Below are positions 61,052 through 64,000 of a DNA stretch of 64,000 nucleotides, piece by piece (positions within the stretch are counted from its first letter, which is position 1; each line of letters begins with the position of its first letter). The stretch spans positions 1 to 64,000 of the forward strand of contig JAINCQ010000034.1 in the NCBI GenBank assembly GCA_036574205.1. The letters run 5' to 3'. The notes below the pieces were generated by a model, which was given only the letters and a program-made list of their open reading frames with translations, searched no databases and was not told where the DNA came from. This DNA comes from Elusimicrobiota bacterium (GTDB lineage Bacteria; Elusimicrobiota; Elusimicrobia; Elusimicrobiales; UBA9959). Both the position numbers and the translations under genes were made by a program.

Positions 61052-61369
61052 ATGGCATTAAATGTTACAGACGATAATTTTGAAAAGGAAGTTATAAATT
61101 TTAATGGTGTTGTTATGGTGGATTTCTGGGCTCCATGGTGTGGCCCTTGCAGAATGCTTGCTCCTATAGTTGATGAAATATCCAAAGAGTATGAGGGGAA
61201 AGCTAAGGTTGTAAAGCTAAATACCGATGAAAATCCTCAAACTGCCGCTGAATACCAGATTTCCGCTATACCTACCCTTTTATTTTTCAAAAATGGCAAG
61301 TTGTCAAAAGAGCTTGTCGGAGTTTTGCCAAAAGAAGAAATAAAGAAAACGCTTGATGAATTAATTTAA
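61052..61369 (+). CDS. trxA: Thioredoxin
   Basis: 'DFWAPWCGPC'; AGGAGG RBS. Confidence 0.98.
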   Translation: MALNVTDDNFEKEVINFNGVVMVDFWAPWCGPCRMLAPIVDEISKEYEGKAKVVKLNTDENPQTAAEYQISAIPTLLFFKNGKLSKELVGVLPKEEIKKTLDELI

Positions 61370-61423
61370 ATTTTTTAGAAAATTCAAGGGGATATACTCG
61401 TTCTTTTTTCTGTTTTTTCAAAT

Positions 61424-63880
61424 ATGCGTTGTTTATTTATAATAGATAGCTATGCTTTTCTTTTTAAAAACTATTACGCATTGCCAAAATTTATGACATC
61501 AAAAGGCGAGGAGGTTGGAGCAGTTTATGGTTTTATAAGGCTTGTCTTGAAAATAAGAGAATGTGGTGAATATATAGTTGCATGTTATGATAGTGGAAAG
61601 AGTTTTAGAAGGGAAATTAGCGATATTTACAAAGCAAATAGAAAAAAAACTGATGAAGCTCTTTTAAAACAAATAAAAACTTCTAAAGAAATTTTAAAGA
61701 TGCTGGGTATTGTAACTATTGAAAAAGAAGGATATGAAGCTGATGACCTAATAGCCACGCTTGCCAAAAAAGCTGCCGCAAATAATTTTGAGGTGGTAAT
61801 AGTTGGGGCGGATAAAGACCTCTTTCAGATTGTAGATAATAATATAAAAATATCGGATAGTAAACTTAAAGAATATTATGGCCCTGAGTATGTAAAGAGC
61901 AAATTTCAAGTGGATCCAGAGAATCTTTTAAGTTATTTTGCGCTGGTTGGGGATAGCTCAGATAATATAAAAGGAGTTGAGGGGATAGGACCTAAAACTG
62001 CTGTAAAGCTTATAAATAAATATGGCAATATAGAATCAATAATAGAAAAATCTCTAACCTCTAATGAAAAAGAGTTAGTTAAAATAAGAAATTCTATTGA
62101 AAACATTAAGACTGCTATACAACTTATAAAGCTTGATTCCAATGTACCTATAGAATTTAATATTGGAGATTTTAAAGTAGGTGATTTTAAAAAAGAAGCC
62201 TTACTTGAGTTAGCAATGAGATTTGAATTTAAAGATATATTAAAGCTTGCAGGCGGATTTAAAAAAGATGAACGAGCTTTTGAGTTTATTGATAATGAAA
62301 ATTTTATAGCTATGAAAAAGGATTATGTAAGCATATCAGATTATCATGCTTCATATAAAGAATTTTATACGAATCTAAACAGTGAATTATTGCGTAAATT
62401 GTTTGAGGAAAAATCTATTAAATATTTTTATAACGTTAAAAAATTTTTTCATTTGGCACTATCAGATTGTGTTTATAATTTTCATGATATATACATAGCC
62501 TATCATCTTGTCTTTGGAGGATTTAGAAAACCTGATATAGACAGGATAATACAGGAAAAGTTTTTTGTAGATGCAGAGATTAAATCTGTTTACTTTAAAG
62601 AAATAATGGATGATTTAATGCTTAAAATAGAAGAAAACTCAATGAATTCTCTTTATGCTAATGAGCTTGCTTTAAGTAAGGTTTTATATAGAATGGAAAA
62701 AAACGGTATAAAGGTAAGTTTAGATGCTTTGAACAGTTTGTCAGTTGAATTTGAGGAAAAGATAAATGAAATATCAAGTAAATTTATTGAAACAACTGGC
62801 ATTAAAATAAATCTTAATTCACCAAAACAGATATCAGAGTTTTTATTTAAAAAAATGAATCTTAAATTGGATGATAAATATTCCAGAATTTATAGTACTA
62901 AAAGTGGTGAGTATTCTACAAGCGAGGATGTGCTTAATATTTTAAAGCCATATGCGCCAGAGATTATAGATTTGATATTAATGCACAGAGAGTATTCTAA
63001 ACTTAAATCATTTGTTGAAACAATAAAAGAAAACACAAAAAATGGAAGGGTTCATACCAATTTTGATCAAACAACAACACATACTGGACGGCTTTCAAGC
63101 TCATCTCCAAACCTTCAAAATATTCCATCTAAAACTAATAACGCACAGAAAATCCGTAATTGTTTTTTACCTGATGATGGATATTTTTTTGTGTCTTTTG
63201 ATTATTCACAGATAGATTTAAGGGTTCTTGCTCATTTAAGTGAAGATGAGTCTCTTATTCAGTCTTTTAAAAATGATGATGATATCCATGTAAAAACTGC
63301 TGCTTCAATTTTTAATATTCCTGAAGATAATGTTGATTATGATTTAAGGAGAATAGCTAAAACTATTAACTTTGGTATAATATATGGACAAACCCCTATG
63401 GGGCTTTCAATTGAGTCTGGTATTTCTTATGAAGAAGCCACAAAATATATTGAAAGTTATTTTAAAAGATACTCAGGGGTAAAAAAATGGATTTCAGATA
63501 CTGTTGAGTTTGCAAGAAAAAATGGGTATGTAATTAACTTTATGAATAGAAAGAGATTTTTGCCTGATATATTATCTCCAAATAGAGCGATAAGGAGTCA
63601 AAGCGAAAGAATGGCTATAAATATGCCGGTTCAAAGTGGATCAAGCGATATAATAAAGAAAGCAATGGTTGAAATTTATAGAGATATGAAAGATTGTAAT
63701 GATATAAATCTTCTTATTCAAATACACGATGAGCTGCTTTTTGAGATAAAAAAAGATACCATTGAAAAATATATACCCAGAATAAAAAGTATAATGGAAA
63801 ATTCTTTTAAATTAAACGTTCCAATTAAAGTGGATGTAAAAGTTGGAGAAAACTGGGCATCATTGGTAAAATGGAAATAA
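61424..63880 (+). CDS. polA: DNA polymerase I
   Basis: 5'-3' exonuclease ('GYEADD', 'GDSSDNI.GV.GIG.KTA'), 'TGRLSS..PNLQNIP', 'DYSQIDLR', 'QIHDEL'. Confidence 0.97.
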   Translation: MRCLFIIDSYAFLFKNYYALPKFMTSKGEEVGAVYGFIRLVLKIRECGEYIVACYDSGKSFRREISDIYKANRKKTDEALLKQIKTSKEILKMLGIVTIEKEGYEADDLIATLAKKAAANNFEVVIVGADKDLFQIVDNNIKISDSKLKEYYGPEYVKSKFQVDPENLLSYFALVGDSSDNIKGVEGIGPKTAVKLINKYGNIESIIEKSLTSNEKELVKIRNSIENIKTAIQLIKLDSNVPIEFNIGDFKVGDFKKEALLELAMRFEFKDILKLAGGFKKDERAFEFIDNENFIAMKKDYVSISDYHASYKEFYTNLNSELLRKLFEEKSIKYFYNVKKFFHLALSDCVYNFHDIYIAYHLVFGGFRKPDIDRIIQEKFFVDAEIKSVYFKEIMDDLMLKIEENSMNSLYANELALSKVLYRMEKNGIKVSLDALNSLSVEFEEKINEISSKFIETTGIKINLNSPKQISEFLFKKMNLKLDDKYSRIYSTKSGEYSTSEDVLNILKPYAPEIIDLILMHREYSKLKSFVETIKENTKNGRVHTNFDQTTTHTGRLSSSSPNLQNIPSKTNNAQKIRNCFLPDDGYFFVSFDYSQIDLRVLAHLSEDESLIQSFKNDDDIHVKTAASIFNIPEDNVDYDLRRIAKTINFGIIYGQTPMGLSIESGISYEEATKYIESYFKRYSGVKKWISDTVEFARKNGYVINFMNRKRFLPDILSPNRAIRSQSERMAINMPVQSGSSDIIKKAMVEIYRDMKDCNDINLLIQIHDELLFEIKKDTIEKYIPRIKSIMENSFKLNVPIKVDVKVGENWASLVKWK

Positions 63881-64000
63881 AAAATCAATTAAAGAAATTA
63901 AAAGAAATATCCTCTAAAAATTTACTGATAGGTCTTACTGGTGGCATTGGTTGTGGAAAATCTACCGTTCTAAGATTTTTTAAAGAGATGGGGGCTTATA
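63871..64000 (+). CDS. coaE: Dephospho-CoA kinase, 5' part (runs off the window)
   Basis: MEIKNQLKKLKEISSKNLLIGLTGGIGCGKSTV..F..MGA; follows polA. Confidence 0.88.
   Translation, partial: MEIKNQLKKLKEISSKNLLIGLTGGIGCGKSTVLRFFKEMGAY

Noticed and set aside
61424..63880. Short PolA with reduced 3'-5' exonuclease region; ybaB absent between dnaX and recR
   Set aside because: Both are common variations in bacteria.

Overview
AT-rich bacterial chromosome segment from a diderm with lipid A genes; gene content tentatively suggests Elusimicrobiota, which I cannot verify. Order: 3' end of an IS481-like transposase; skp-lpxD-lpxC-fabZ-lpxA-lpxI; GH13, comF, mfd; an F1Fo ATP synthase operon with hldD/rfaD between atpA and atpG and a nonsense-interrupted atpI-like ORF; a four-gene uncharacterised envelope cluster; tRNA-Asp followed by structured repeats of its own 3' end and a decayed island (RusA-like ORF, RhuM-Fic pseudogene, IS30 remnant, zupT, PLD, ~100-bp direct repeats); a nitrilase; a minus-strand PIN/TRAM-ispD-ispF-lipoprotein-cysS-PAS(frameshifted)-Nif3 cluster; a 10-kb array of six uncharacterised membrane-anchored proteins; then dhs-like, OMP, dnaX, recR, comEC, nadK, recN, gltX, GYF_2 protein, pilB-pilT-pilC, xdhC, trxA, polA and the start of coaE. 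The best candidate for an undescribed system is the six-gene array (33.5-43.7 kb), whose members share cryptic motifs in the same order. Next are the tRNA-3'-end repeat units and the four-gene TPR/beta-barrel cluster. All calls are by-eye motif recognition; no database searches were run.
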